Shown: one piece after another, positions 1 through 13,300 of the stretch
How positions within the stretch are numbered: the first letter of the stretch is position 1
Layout of the letters: every line of letters begins with the position of its first letter
Assembly: GCA_950097015.1 (NCBI GenBank)
Contig: CATNEN010000034.1
Location: forward strand, 7,068,001 to 7,132,000
Origin: Macrostomum hystrix
Lineage: Eukaryota > Animalia > Platyhelminthes
Length of the DNA stretch: 64,000 nucleotides
Direction: 5' to 3'
Notes under the pieces: model-generated
Database searches by the model: none
What the model was told of the DNA's origin: nothing
Seen by the model: the letters and a program-made list of their open reading frames with translations, nothing else
Translations under genes and position numbers: made by a program

Positions 1-1
1 G

Positions 2-160
2 TTGCCGGATGAAGACGTCGTAGCCACCTGCGGTGCTAATAGCGTAGCCAGTGATGGAATATCGTCTGAAATGGATGACGCCGAGATGCGATCGCTGCCA
101 AAAACTACGATATTCACAGAGTGCAAGTTCGAGAACTGCTCCTTTACTTTTTCCAAGTGA
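2..160 (+). CDS. Possible 3' end of a coding exon entering from upstream (LPDEDVVATC...FTECKFENCSFTFSK*)
   Basis: Frame starting at base 2 is open to TGA at 158-160 and has protein-like composition. The terminal FxNCxFxF resembles tails I recall from Crypton/DUF3504-type tyrosine-recombinase-derived proteins. This is weak pattern recall and the 5' part is outside the window. Confidence 0.3.
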   Translation: MPDEDVVATCGANSVASDGISSEMDDAEMRSLPKTTIFTECKFENCSFTFSK

Positions 161-958
161 GGGTTCACCGGCATCGAAAATTCAAACTAACTGTTTTGAA
201 AGAAAAACTCTAAACTGTTGTTGCGTTGATTATTTTACCGTCGTTTTGCTAAATACATTTACGCCCACAACTGTCTTTGATCGAGTCATCAGCGTTAAGC
301 AACCCTATGCAAATGCAAATCTATGGGACAATGTGCCATTGCCTGCAGCCCTCCTGCAATTATTATTATTGTTAAGCTATATATGTAATATTTATTCCTG
401 GAAACCCTACCTTCAGGTGGCAGCCTCTGCACGGACCAAGTCTCTCCTGAACTATACGATTGTTGATGGAACTATTTAACTTTGGCTATTAACATTTTAA
501 TTTGAATCAAAATAGGTACTGCTGGTGCCCTATAAACCGAATTGTTTAAACTATAGATATAAACTGTAAACCTCTTTATTAAAGTATTGAAATTCAGTTT
601 GGTTGAAAAAGGCCCAGTAAAAATAGTACTGTTTCTACTATTCTTAGCATTACTATATATTACTTCCAGACGCGACAGTCGACGCTCCACAATGCAGCCA
701 CTGACACATTCCAACACCTGTTTACTCTGAAACATCTCTCGAGTGTCCTGTAATTTAGCCTTATTTTATAGGGAGCAGAAAAAATCTGCCTTTCATCTGT
801 ATTTTAATCAAACCCTGTGCTTTTCTGAAATAAACTTTTTTTCTTTTATTTGCTTTAGTATTTTAGTACTTTTGGCAACCATGGTGTTGTTATATTCTTC
901 CTTCTTGAACATTTTTAGTAACAACTTACAATAGAAAATGTTGCTGAGTTACAAAAAA

Positions 959-1500
959 TGTGTCACTGTAGGATATGGCAGTGTGTCACTGTAGGATATG
1001 GCAGTGTGTCACTGTAGGATATGGCAGTGTGTCACTGTAGGATATGGCAGTGTGTCACTGTAGGATATGGCAGTGTGTCACTGTAGGGTATGGCAGTGTG
1101 TCACTGTAGGATATGGCAGTGTGTCACTGTAGGATATGGCAGTGTGACAGTGTAGGATATGGCAGTGTGTCACTGTAGGATATGGCAGTGTGTCACTGTA
1201 GGATATGGCAGTGTGTCACTGTAGGATATGGCAGTGTGTCACTGTAGGATATGGCAGTGTGTCACTGTAGGGTATGGCAGTGTGTCACTGTAGGATATGG
1301 CAGTGTGTCACTGTAGGATATGGCAGTGTGACAGTGTAGGATATGGCAGTGTGTCACAGTAGGATATGGCAGTGTGTCACTGTAGGATATGGCAGTGTGT
1401 CACTGTAGGATATGGCAGTGTGTCACAGTAGGATATGGCAGTGTCACTGTAGGATATGGCAGTGTGTCAATGTAGGATATGGCAGTGTGTCACTGTAGGA
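959..1500. repeat. 23-nt minisatellite (GTGTCACTGTAGGATATGGCAGT)n, about 23 copies
   Basis: Period of 23 read directly. The array ends about 24 nt upstream of the acceptor-like TTGTTTCAG at 1524. Confidence 0.95.
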
Positions 1501-1544
1501 TTTCTTTACACTGACTTGTTTCAGCTGCCAATCAAATCGTCGGC

Positions 1545-1733
1545 ATGGGCCTCTTTAACCCGAAAGCACCGATTGTGGAGCCGGCCCTGCCGGAGAACCA
1601 CATCAACAGGCAGGCTGTCAGGCTGGTGCAGTACGGCGCGGCACTGTTTGCCTGCGCTTTAGCTGTGCGCGGCGTCTACCGGATGCGCCTGGCCCGGCCC
1701 TACATCTACCGAATGTTCAACAAGCAGAAGTGA
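1545..1733 (+). CDS. 62-aa small protein with one hydrophobic segment (LVQYGAALFACALAVRGVY), unknown family; may be a terminal exon of a longer gene
   Basis: GC-rich island with coding-like codon usage between two satellites. It follows a pyrimidine-rich acceptor (tttctttacactgacttgtttcag|1525), and the frame is open from that acceptor to the ATG. Confidence 0.55.
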   Translation: MGLFNPKAPIVEPALPENHINRQAVRLVQYGAALFACALAVRGVYRMRLARPYIYRMFNKQK

Positions 1734-2011
1734 CTTCTGACCGCGACCTTTGCCGCTGAAGTACCGCAGACCGAACTTAGCTTAGCTATTTGCCCTCCCA
1801 ATCTGCCTGTCAAATATCTAGTTTAATCCCCGCCCTCTCTAGGTCTAGTAAAACAAATTGTATTGTGTAGCTCAAATACAAATATACTTGAATTGATGGA
1901 ATGCCTCGCTTCTTCACAGCATTCTAGTTTTCCTGTTTAATATTCATCCCACTGTGGGCCTCTGACTTCCAGCTATCCAATAACTTTTGTGAAGGACATT
2001 GTTGACACCTA

Positions 2012-5000
2012 TCAGATCCTCAGTAAATCCTCTGCCAATTCAGATCCTCAGTAAATCCTCTAACAATGCAGATCCTCAGTAAATCCTCTAACAATGCAGA
2101 TCCTCAGTAAATCCTCTACCAATTCAGATCCTCAGTAAATCCTCTGCCAATTCAGATCCTCAGTAAATCCTCTACCAATTCAGATCCTCAGGAAATCCTC
2201 AGTAAATCCTCTGCCAATTCAGATCCTCAGTAAATCCTCAGTAAATCCTCTACCAATTCAGATCCTCAGTAAATCCTCAGTAAATCCTCTACCAATTCAG
2301 ATCCTCATTAAATCCTCTAAAAATTCAGATCCTCAGTAAATCCTCTACCAATTCAGATCCTCAGTAAATCCTCTACCAATTCATATCCTCAGTAAACCTC
2401 TACCAATTCAGATCCTCAGTAAATCCTCTACCAATTCAGATCCTCAGTAAACCTCTACCAATTCAGATCCTCATTAAATCCTCTACCAATTCAGATCCTC
2501 AGTAAATCCTCTACCAATTCAGATCCTCAGTAAACCTCTACCAATTCAGATCCTCATTAAATCCTCTACCAATTCAGATCCTCAGTAAATCCTCTGCCAA
2601 TTCAGATCCTCATTAAATCCTCTACCAATTCAGATCCTCAGTAAATCCTCTTCCAATGCAGATCCTCAGTAAATCCTCTACCAATTCATATCCTCAGTAA
2701 ATCCTCTACCAATTCAGATCCTCAGTAAATCCTCTTCCAATGCAGATCCTCAGTAAATCCTCTACCAATTCAGATCCTCAGTAAATCCTCTACCAATGCA
2801 GATCCTCAGTAAATCCTCTACCAATTCAGATCCTCAGTAAATCCTCTACCAATTCATATCCTCAGTAAATCCTCTACCAATTCAGATCCTCAGTAAATCC
2901 TCTACCAATTCAGATCCTCAGTAAATCCTCTACCAATTCAGATCCTCAGTAAATCCTCTACCAATTCAGATCCTCAGTAAATCCTCTACCAATTCAGATC
3001 CTCAGTAAATCCTCTACCAATTCAGATCCTCAGTAAATCCTCTACCAATTCAGATCCTCAGTAAATCCTCTACCAATTCATATCCTCAGTAAATCCTCTA
3101 CCAATTCAGATCCTCAGTAAATCCTCTACCAATTCAGATCCTCAGTAAATCCTCTACCAATTCAGATCCTCAGTAAATCCTCTGCCAATGCAGATCCTCA
3201 GTAAATCCTCTGCCAATTCATATCCTCAGTAGATCCTCTACCAATTCAGATCCTCAGTAAATCCTCTACCAATGCAGATCCTCAGTAAATCCTCTGCCAA
3301 TGCAGATCCTCAGTAAATCCTCTGCCAATTCAGATCCTCAGTAAATCCTCTACCAATTCAGATCCTCAGTAAATCCTCTACCAATTCAGATCCTCAGTAA
3401 ATCCTCTACCAATGCAGATCCTCAGTAAATCCTCTACCAATGCAGATCCTCAGTAAATCCTCTGCCAATGCAGATCCTCAGTAAATCCTCTGCCAATGCA
3501 GATCCTCAGTAAATCCTCTAACAATTCAGATCCTCAGTAAATCCTCTACCAATTCAGATCCTCAGTAAATCCTCTACCAATTCAGATCCTCAGTAAATCC
3601 TCTACCAATTCAGATCCTCAGTAAATCCTCTACCAATTCAGATCCTCAGTAAATCCTCTACCAATTCAGATCCTCAGTAAATCCTCTACCAATTCAGATC
3701 CTCAGTAAATCCTCTACCAATTCATATCCTCAGTAAATCCTCTACCAATTCAGATCCTCAGTAAATCCTCTACCAATTCAGATCCTCAGTAAATCCTCTA
3801 CCAATTCAGATCCTCAGTAAATCCTCTGCCAATGCAGATCCTCAGTAAATCCTCTGCCAATTCATATCCTCAGTAGATCCTCTACCAATTCAGATCCTCA
3901 GTAAATCCTCTACCAATGCAGATCCTCAGTAAATCCTCTGCCAATGCAGATCCTCAGTAAATCCTCTGCCAATTCAGATCCTCAGTAAATCCTCTACCAA
4001 TTCAGATCCTCAGTAAATCCTCTACCAATTCAGATCCTCAGTAAATCCTCTACCAATGCAGATCCTCAGTAAATCCTCTACCAATGCAGATCCTCAGTAA
4101 ATCCTCTGCCAATGCAGATCCTCAGTAAATCCTCTGCCAATGCAGATCCTCAGTAAATCCTCTAACAATTCAGATCCTCAGTAAATCCTCTACCAATTCA
4201 TATCCTCAGTAAATCCTCTACCAATTCAGATCCTCAGTAAATCCTCTACCAATTCAGATCCTCATTAAATCCTCTACCAATTCATATCCTCAGTAAATCC
4301 TCTACCAATACAGATCCTCAGTAAATCCTCTACCAATACAGATGCTCAGTAAATCCTCTACCAATTCATATCCTCAGTAAATCCTCTACCAATTCAGATC
4401 CTCATTAAATCCTCTACCAATTCAGATCCTCATTAAATCCTGTACCAATTCAGATCCTCAGTAAATCCTCTACCAATTCAGATCCTCATTAAATCCTCTA
4501 CCAATTCAGATCCTCATTAAATCCTCTACCAATTCAGATGCTCAGTAGATCCTCTACCAATTCAGATCCTCATTAAATACTCTACCAATTCAGATCCTCA
4601 GTAAATCCTCTACCAATTCAGATCCTCATTAAATCCTCTACCAATTCATATCCTCAGTAGATCCTCTACCAATTCAGATCCTCAGTAAATCCTCTACCAA
4701 TTCAGATCCTCAGTAAATCCTCTACCAATTCAGATCCTCAGTAAATCCTCTACCAATTCATATCCTCAGTAAATCCTCTACCAATTCAGATCCTCAGTAA
4801 ATCCTCTAACAATGCAGATCCTCAGTAAATCCTCTACCAATTCATATCCTCAGTAAATCCTCTACCAATTCAGATCCTCAGTAAATCCTCTGCCAATTCA
4901 GATCCTCAGTAAATCCTCTACCAATTCATATCCTCATTAAATCCTCTACCAATTCAGATCCTCAGTAAATCCTCTACCAATTCAGATCCTCATTAAATCC

Positions 5001-8000
5001 TCTACCAATTCAGATGCTCAGTAAATCCTCTACCAATTCATATCCTCAGTAAATCCTCTACCAATTCAGATCCTCAGTAAATCCTCTACCAATTCAGATC
5101 CTCATTAAATCCTCTACTAATTCAGATCCTCATTAAATCCTCTACCAATTCAGATGCTCAGTAGATCCTCTACCAATTCAGATCCTCATTAAATCCTCTA
5201 CCAATTCAGATCCTCAGTAAATCCTCTACCAATTCAGATCCTCATTAAATCCTCTACCAATTCATATCCTCAGTAGATCCTCTACCAATTCAGATCCTCA
5301 GTAAATCCTCTACCAATTCAGATCCTCAGTAAATCCTCTACCAATTCATATCCTCAGTAAATCCTCTGCCAATGCAGATCCTCAGTAAATCCTCTGCCAA
5401 TGCAGATCCTCAGTAAATCCTCTACCAATTCAGATCCTCAGTAATTCCTCTACCAATTCAGATCCTCAGTAAATCCTCTACCAATTCAGATCCTCAGTAA
5501 ATCCTCTACCAATTCAGATCCTCAGTAAATCCTCTACCAATTCAGATCCTTAGTAAATCCTCTGCCAATGCAGATCCTCAGTAAATCCTCTGCCAATGCA
5601 GATCCTCAGTAAATCCTCTACCAATTCAGATCCTCATTAAATCCTCTACCAATTCAGATCCTCAGTAAATCCTCTACCAATTCAGATCCTCAGTAAATCC
5701 TCTACCAATTCAGATCCTCATTAAATCCTCTACCAATTCAGATCCTCAGTAAATCCTCTACCAATTCAGATCCTCAGTAAATCCTCTGCCAATGCAGATC
5801 CTCAGTAAATCCTCTACCAATTCAGATCCTCATTAAATCCTCTACCAATTCAGATCCTCAGTAAATCCTCTGCCAATTCAGATCCTCAGTAAATCCTCTA
5901 CCAATTCAGATCCTCAGTAAATCCTCTACCAATTCAGATCCTCAGTAAATCCTCAGTAAATCCTCTACCAATTCATATCCTCAGTAAATCCTCTACCAAT
6001 TCAGATCCTCAGTAGATCCTCAGTAAATCCTCTACCAATTCAGATCCTCAGTACATCCTCTACCAATTCAGATCCTCAGTAAATCCTCTAACAATGCAGA
6101 TCCTCAGTAAATCCTCTACCAATTCATATCCTCAGTAAATCCTCTACCAATTCAGATCCTCAGTAAATCCTCTGCCAATTCAGATCCTCAGTAAATCCTC
6201 TACCAATTCAGATCCTCATTAAATCCTCTACCAATTCAGATCCTCAGTAAATCCTCTACCAATTCAGATCCTCAGTAAATCCTCTACCAATTCAGATCCT
6301 CAGTAAATCCTCTACCAATTCAGATCCTCAGTAAATCCTCTACCAATTCAGATCCTCAGTAAATCCTCTACCAATGCAGATCCTCAGTAAATCCTCTGCC
6401 AATGCAGATCCTCAGTAAATCCTCTACCAATTCAGATCCTCATTAAATCCTCTACCAATTCAGATCCTCAGTAAATCCTCTACCAATTCAGATCCTCAGT
6501 AAATCCTCTACCAATTCAGATCCTCATTAAATCCTCTACCAATTCAGATCCTCATTAAATCCTCTACCAATTCAGATCCTCAGTAAATCCTCTGCCAATG
6601 CAGATCCTCAGTAAATCCTCTACCAATTCAGATCCTCATTAAATCCTCTACCAATTCAGATCCTCAGTAAATCCTCTGCCAATTCAGATCCTCAGTAAAT
6701 CCTCTACCAATTCAGATCCTCAGTAAATCCTCTACCAATTCAGATCCTCAGTAAATCCTCAGTAAATCCTCTACCAATTCATATCCTCAGTAAATCCTTT
6801 ACCAATTCAGATCCTCAGTAGATCCTCAGTAAATCCTCTACCAATTCAGATCCTCAGTAAATCCTCTACCAATTCAGATCCTCAGTAAATCCTCAGTAAA
6901 TCCTCTACCAATTCATATCCTCAGTAAATCCTCTACCAATTCAGATCCTCAGTAGATCCTCAGTAAATCCTCTACCAATTCAGATCCTCAGTAAATCCTC
7001 TACCAATTCAGATCCTCAGTAAATCCTCTGCCAATTCAGATCCTCAGTAAATCCTCTGCCAATTCAGATCCTCAGTAAATCCTCTACCAATTCAGATCCT
7101 CAGTAAATCCTCTACCAATTCAGATCCTCAGTAAATCCTCTGCCAATTCAGATCCTCAGTAAATCCTCTACCAATGCAGATCCTCAGTAAATCCTCTACC
7201 AATGCAGATCCTCAGTAAATCCTCTACCAATTCAGATCCTCAGTAAATCCTCTACCAATTCAGATCCTCAGTAAATCCTCTACCAATTCAGATCCTCAGT
7301 AAATCCTCTACCAATTCATATCCTCAGTAAATCCTCTACCAATTCAGATCCTCAGTAAATCCTCTACCAATGCAGATCCTCAGTAAATCCTCTACCAATT
7401 CAGATCCTCAGTAAATCCTCTACCAATTCAGATCCTCAGTAAATCCTCTACCAATGCAGATCCTCAGTAAACCTCTACCAATTCAGATCCTCAGTAAATC
7501 CTGTACCAATTCAGATCCTCAGTAAATCCTCTACCAATTCAGATCCTCAGTAAATCCTCTAACAATTCAGATCCTCAGTAAATCCTCTACCAATTCAGAT
7601 CCTCAGTAAATCCTCTACCAATTCAGATCCTCAGTAAATCCTCTACCAATTCAGATCCTCAGTAAATCCTCTACCAATTCATATCCTCAGTAAATCCTCT
7701 ACCAATTCATATCCTCAGTAAATCCTCTGCCAATTCAGATCCTCAGTAAATCCTCTGCCAATTCAGATCCTCAGTAAATCCTCTACCAATTCAGATCCTC
7801 AGTAAATCCTCTACCAATTCAGATCCTCAGTAAATCCTCTACCAATTCAGATCCTCAGTATATCCTCTACCAATGCAGATCCTCAGTAAATCCTCTGCCA
7901 ATTCAGATCCTCAGTAAATCCTCTACCAATTCAGATCCTCAGTAAACCTCTACCAATTCAGATCCTCAGTAAATCCTCTACCAATTCAGATCCTCAGTAT

Positions 8001-10305
8001 ATCCTCTACCAATGCAGATCCTCAGTAAATCCTCTGCCAATTCAGATCCTCAGTAAATCCTCTACCAATTCAGATCCTCAGTAAACCTCTACCAATTCAG
8101 ATCCTCAGTAAATCCTCTACCAATTCATATCCTCAGTAAATCCTCTACCAATTCAGATCCTCAGTAAATCCTCTGCCAATGCAGATCCTCAGTAAATCCT
8201 CTGCCAATGCAGATCCTCAGTAAATCCTCTACCAATTCAGATCCTCAGTAAATCCTCTGCCAATGCAGATCCTCAGTAAATCCTCTACCAATTCAGATCC
8301 TCAGTAAATCCTCTGCCAATTCAGATCCTCAGTAAATCCTCTACCAATTCAGATCCTCAGTAAATCCTCCGCCAATGCAGATCCTCAGTAAATCCTCTAA
8401 CAATTCAGATCCTCAGTAGATCCTCTACCAATTCAGATCCTCACTAAATCCTCTACCAATGCAGATCCTCAGTAAATCCTCTGCCAATGCAGATCCTCAG
8501 TAAATCCTCTGCCAATGCAGATCCTCAGTAAATCCTCTAACAATTCAGATCCTCAGTAAATCCTCTACCAATTCAGATCCTCAGTAAATCCTCTACCAAT
8601 TCAGATCCTCATTAAATCCTCTACCAATTCAGATCCTCAGTAAATCCTCTACCAATTCAGATCCTCAGTAAATCCTCTGCCAATGCAGATCCTCAGTAAA
8701 TCCTCTACCAATTCAGATCCTCAGTAAATCCTCTACCAATGCAGATCCTCAGTAAATCCTCTACCAATTCAGATCCTCAGTAAATCCTCTGCCAATGCAG
8801 ATCCTCATTAAATCCTCTACCAATTCAGATCCTCATTAAATCCTCTACCAATTCAGATCCTCAGTAAATCCTCTACCAATTCAGATCCTCAGTAAATCCT
8901 CTGCCAATGCAGATCCTCAGTAAATCCTCTACCAATTCAGATCCTCATTAAATCCTCTACCAATTCAGATCCTCAGTAAATCCTCTACCAATTCAGATCC
9001 TCAGTAAATCCTCTACCAATTCAGATCCTCAGTAAATCCTCTACCAATTCAGATCCTCAGTAAATCCTCTACCAATTCAGATCCTCAGTAAATCCTCTAC
9101 CAATTCAGATCCTCAGTAAATCCTCAGTAAATCCTCTACGAATTCAGATCCTCAGTAGATCCTCAGTAAATCCTCTACCAATTCATATCCTCAGTAGATC
9201 CTCTGCCAATTCAGATCCTCAGTAAATCCTCTACCAATGCAGATCCTCAGTAAATCCTCTGCCAATTCAGATCCTCAGTAAATCCTCTACCAATGCAGAT
9301 CCTCAGTAAATCCTCTGCCAATTCAGATCCTCAGTAAATCCTCTACCAATTCAGATCCTCAGTAAATCCTCTACCAATTCAGATCCTCAGTAAATCCTCT
9401 ACCAATTCAGATCCTCAGTAAATCCTCTACCAATTCATATCCTCAGTAAATCCTCTACCAATTCAGATCCTCAGTAAATCCTCTGCCAATTCATATCCTC
9501 AGTAGATCCTCTACCAATTCAGATCCTCAGTAAATCCTCTGCCAATTCATATCCTCAGTAAATCCTCTACCAATGCAGATCCTCAGTAAATCCTCTACCA
9601 ATTCAGATCCTCAGTAAATCCTCTACCAATTCAGATCCTCAGTAGATCCTCTACCAATTCAGATCCTCAGTAAATCCTCTACCAATTCAGATCCTAAGTA
9701 TATCCTCTACCAATGCAGATCCTCAGTAAATCCTCTAACAATGCAGATCCTCAGTAAATCCTCTGACAATGCGGATCCTCAGTAAATCCTCTAACAATTC
9801 AGATCCTCAGTAAATCCTCTAACAATTTAGATTCTCAGTAAATCCTCTACCAATTCAGATCCTCAGTAAACCTCTACCAATTCAGATCCTCAGTAAATCC
9901 TCTACCAATTCAGATCCTCAGTAAATCCTCTACCAATTCAGATCCTCAGTAAATCCTCTACCAATTCAGATCCTCAGTAAATCCTCTGCCAATTCAGATC
10001 CTCAGTAGATCCTCAGTAAATCCTCTACCAATTCAGATCCTCAGTAAATCCTCTACCAATTCAGATCCTCAGTAGATCGTCAGTAAATCCTCTACCAATT
10101 CAGATCCTAAGTAGATCCTCTACCAATTCAGATCCTAAGTAAATCCTCTACCAATTCAGATCCTAAGTAAATCCTCTACCAATTCAGATCCTAAGTAGAT
10201 CCTCTACCAATTCAGATCCTCAGTATATCCTCTACCAATGCAGATCCTCAGTAAATCCTCTAACAATGCGGATCCTCAGTAAATCCTCTAACAATGCAGA
10301 TCCTT
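2012..10305. repeat. 8.3-kb array of a 28-nt unit (TTCAGATCCTCAGTAAATCCTCTACCAA), about 295 copies, with higher-order structure
   Basis: Period of 28 read directly. The same variant string recurs at 3181 and 3825 (offset 644 = 23 x 28). Confidence 0.97.
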
Positions 10306-10384
10306 AGGTAATCCTTTACCAAGTCAGTTCCTGCTCAAGCAATAGTTAGTAAATGTTGCCCCGCCATCCAGTTGCAGCCGCAAC

Positions 10385-13300
10385 ATGAGCACAGGAAGCC
10401 AAGCCAATCCGCTGGGTAGCGTTGGCAACAATTGGTCGGTTGAGTCAGGCCTGCCTTACGAAGGCGGTGTGCAGGATCTGAGCTTCTTGTTCAATGTACC
10501 TGTGGCTTCGCCTGGAGATGCTGAGATGCTTGAAGAGCTGGGCCTCACCGAGGCCAACACTGCGCAAGTTGAGTCAACTCCTGTCGACTACTTCCCCGGC
10601 TTGAGCTCTGGCGACTTCACCGAAGTTGAGCAGTGCCTGGCTAGGGCCCCGTCGCAGGAAGATCTCCTGGCCTACCTGGACGCGCCGGATAATGACAGTG
10701 CAAAGGCTATTTCTGCCCTGGACAGTTGCCTCACTAAAGAATCTTCTCAGGTAGACCTGCTTGTTCTGGCTGAGAAGCCAGCTGATGATGCGGCCAGCTT
10801 CAGTCTAGATGCCTGTCAGGCTATTGAAGGAGCATCAGCTCATGTCAGCCTATTTCACCTGCCGACTAAAATCAACAATAATTCCACAGCTGACGCCTCA
10901 CATGACCCTTCATTCGATGTACTGCTCTGCCAGATGGGTCATCCCGAAACTGTAGCTATGGAGGTGGACCTTGAGGTGTGGATTGCTCTTAATGGCTTGA
11001 ACTTTTTACCTTTCAACTTTTAAACTATTTTCAAACTAAATGTTTATTACATTTACATTTGTAACACTTGATTTTTACGACTGAACAACAAAAAAAATGG
11101 CTGCATTAGACTGTTACATTGGTCACAAAACACGGCTGCATTAGACTGTTACATTGGTCACAAAACAGGGCTGCATTAGACTTACATTTGTCACAAAACA
11201 GGGCTGCATTGGACTGTTACATTAGTCACAAAACACGGCTGCATTAGACTGTTACATTAGTCACAAAACACGGCTGCATTAGACTGTTACATTGGTCACA
11301 AAACACGGCTGCATTAGACTGTTACATTAGTCATAAAACAAACTTGGCCTCCAATTAGTTTCGGAAGCTTTGAATCCCGACCCTCTTCAACTCTGACCAG
11401 GACTTGATGGAGTACGTGAAGGAAGCGCAGGAGAAGGGTTATCCCGATGGTTTCGCCCTTTCGGTCCTGCCAAGCGCGCTCAGCGGCCTCGCCCTCTCGC
11501 CTGGCACGCCAGCCGAGGCCGTGGATCAATCTGCCACGACTCCGCAGCTTCCATCGCTGCCAGTGCTTAACCTAGTAAAGCAAAGGCCGCAGCAGCAGCA
11601 GCTCCGATCAGCCGCCTGCCCGCCTCTGTTGAACAGTTTCGAAACAATGTTGGAGGCAGCCGATAGTCGCGACCAAGAATACGAAGAGGAAGAGACTGCA
11701 GCTTCGCTTAGTGCCGCCGCCGCCACGGCCCGCACCGGTAAGTCCAAGCCGCCCGCTGTCCGTCGTCGCAACACGCCGGCTTCTTCATCTGGTGGCAGTG
11801 GCCGTAGCGGCCGCAGCAGCGTCGCTGATCATCAGCAGCAAGAAAAATCCTACGCTGCTATTTGTCAGAAGAACCGCATCTTCGATTGCAGCGCAAAGCT
11901 GCGGTATCAGATGGAGCAGCATCTTGAGCGGGACAGCATCGTCAATGAAATTGTTCAATACGTTAAGACCTGCCTGGATCCCGGTGGGTTTGAGTTTGGG
12001 TCGTTTTGTGATAAAGTACCATATCTGGAATCGCAGCAGGGACTGTAGATCGAGCATTCGTGTACCATAGCTGGAATCGCAGCAGGGACTGTAGAGCATT
12101 CGTGTACCATATCTGGAATCGCAGCAGGGACTGTAGAGCATTCGTGTACGATAGCTGGAATCGCAGCAGGGACTGTAGAGCATTCGTGTACGATAGCTGG
12201 AATCGCAGCAGGGACTGTAGAGCATTCTTGTTTTGTGCTCGTGTTATGTGCTCAATCAAACCGCATGCATCCTCACACTCAGAGCGCGATCGGGTCCATC
12301 GCTTCCTCATGGTGATGCTGGTGGACGGCCAGCTTGAGCGTGGACCATTTTGGCGCTTCTTTCAGGACGCCGTGTACTTTTGCGACTCGCGCAAGGAGCG
12401 GCTGGTTAGCGAGCCGGGGCCTATGTTTCACATTCGCCAGTCGGCCTACGTAGGCCTGCTCTGGGGTCGCTACAAGGGCAACGAGTGCTTCGACTATGCC
12501 ACTTTGGGCGATGCCATTAAGTCAGTGTTTGTTCCTTAGCATTGAAGTGGCTCTAATATTTATTAATTACAATTTTTATGTTGTTGATGTAATTAGATGT
12601 AAATATAATTGTGTCAGTGACTGGCTGTAAATATGTTTGTGTCAGTGACTGGCTGTAAATATGTTTGTGTCAGTGACTGGCTGTAAATATGTTTGTGTCA
12701 GTGACTGGCTGTAAATATGTTTGTGTCAGTGACTGGCTGTAAATATGTTTGTGTCAGTGACTGGCTGTGAATATGTTTGTGTCAGTGACTGGCTGTGAAT
12801 ATGTTTGTGTCAGTGACTGGCTGTGAATATGTTTGTGTCAGTGACTGGCTGTAAATATGTTTGTGTCAGTGACTGGCTGTAAATATGTTTGTGTCAGTGA
12901 CTGGCTGTGAATATGTTTGTGTCAGTGACTGGCTGTGAATATGTTTGTGTCAGTGACTGGCTGTGAATATGTTTGTGTCAGTGACTGGCTGTAAATATGT
13001 TTGTGTCAGTGACTGGCTGTAAATATGTTTGTGTCAGTGACTGGCTGTAAATATGTTTGTGTCAGTGACTGGCTGTAAATATGTTTGTGTCAGTGACTGG
13101 CTGTGAATATGTTTGTGTCAGTGACTGGCTGTGAATATGTTTGTGTCAGTGACTGGCTGTGAATATGTTTGTGTCAGTGACTGGCTGTAAATATGTTTGT
13201 GTCAGTGACTGGCTGTAAATATGTTTGTGTCAGTTACTGGCTGTAAATATGTTTGTGTCAGTGACTGGCTGTAAGCAACCTCGCCCTTGTTCGCAGGTCC

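Noticed and set aside
2012-10305. CRISPR-like array (28-nt repeats)
   Set aside because: Units are head-to-tail with no unique spacers, there are no cas genes, and the context is eukaryotic. The same applies to every other array in the window.
12001-12282. Frameshift or coding repeat joining ORF 11404 to ORF 12060 (FCDKYHIWNRSRDCRAF)
   Set aside because: A GT-AG intron at 11984-12282 with good sites and correct phase explains it more simply.
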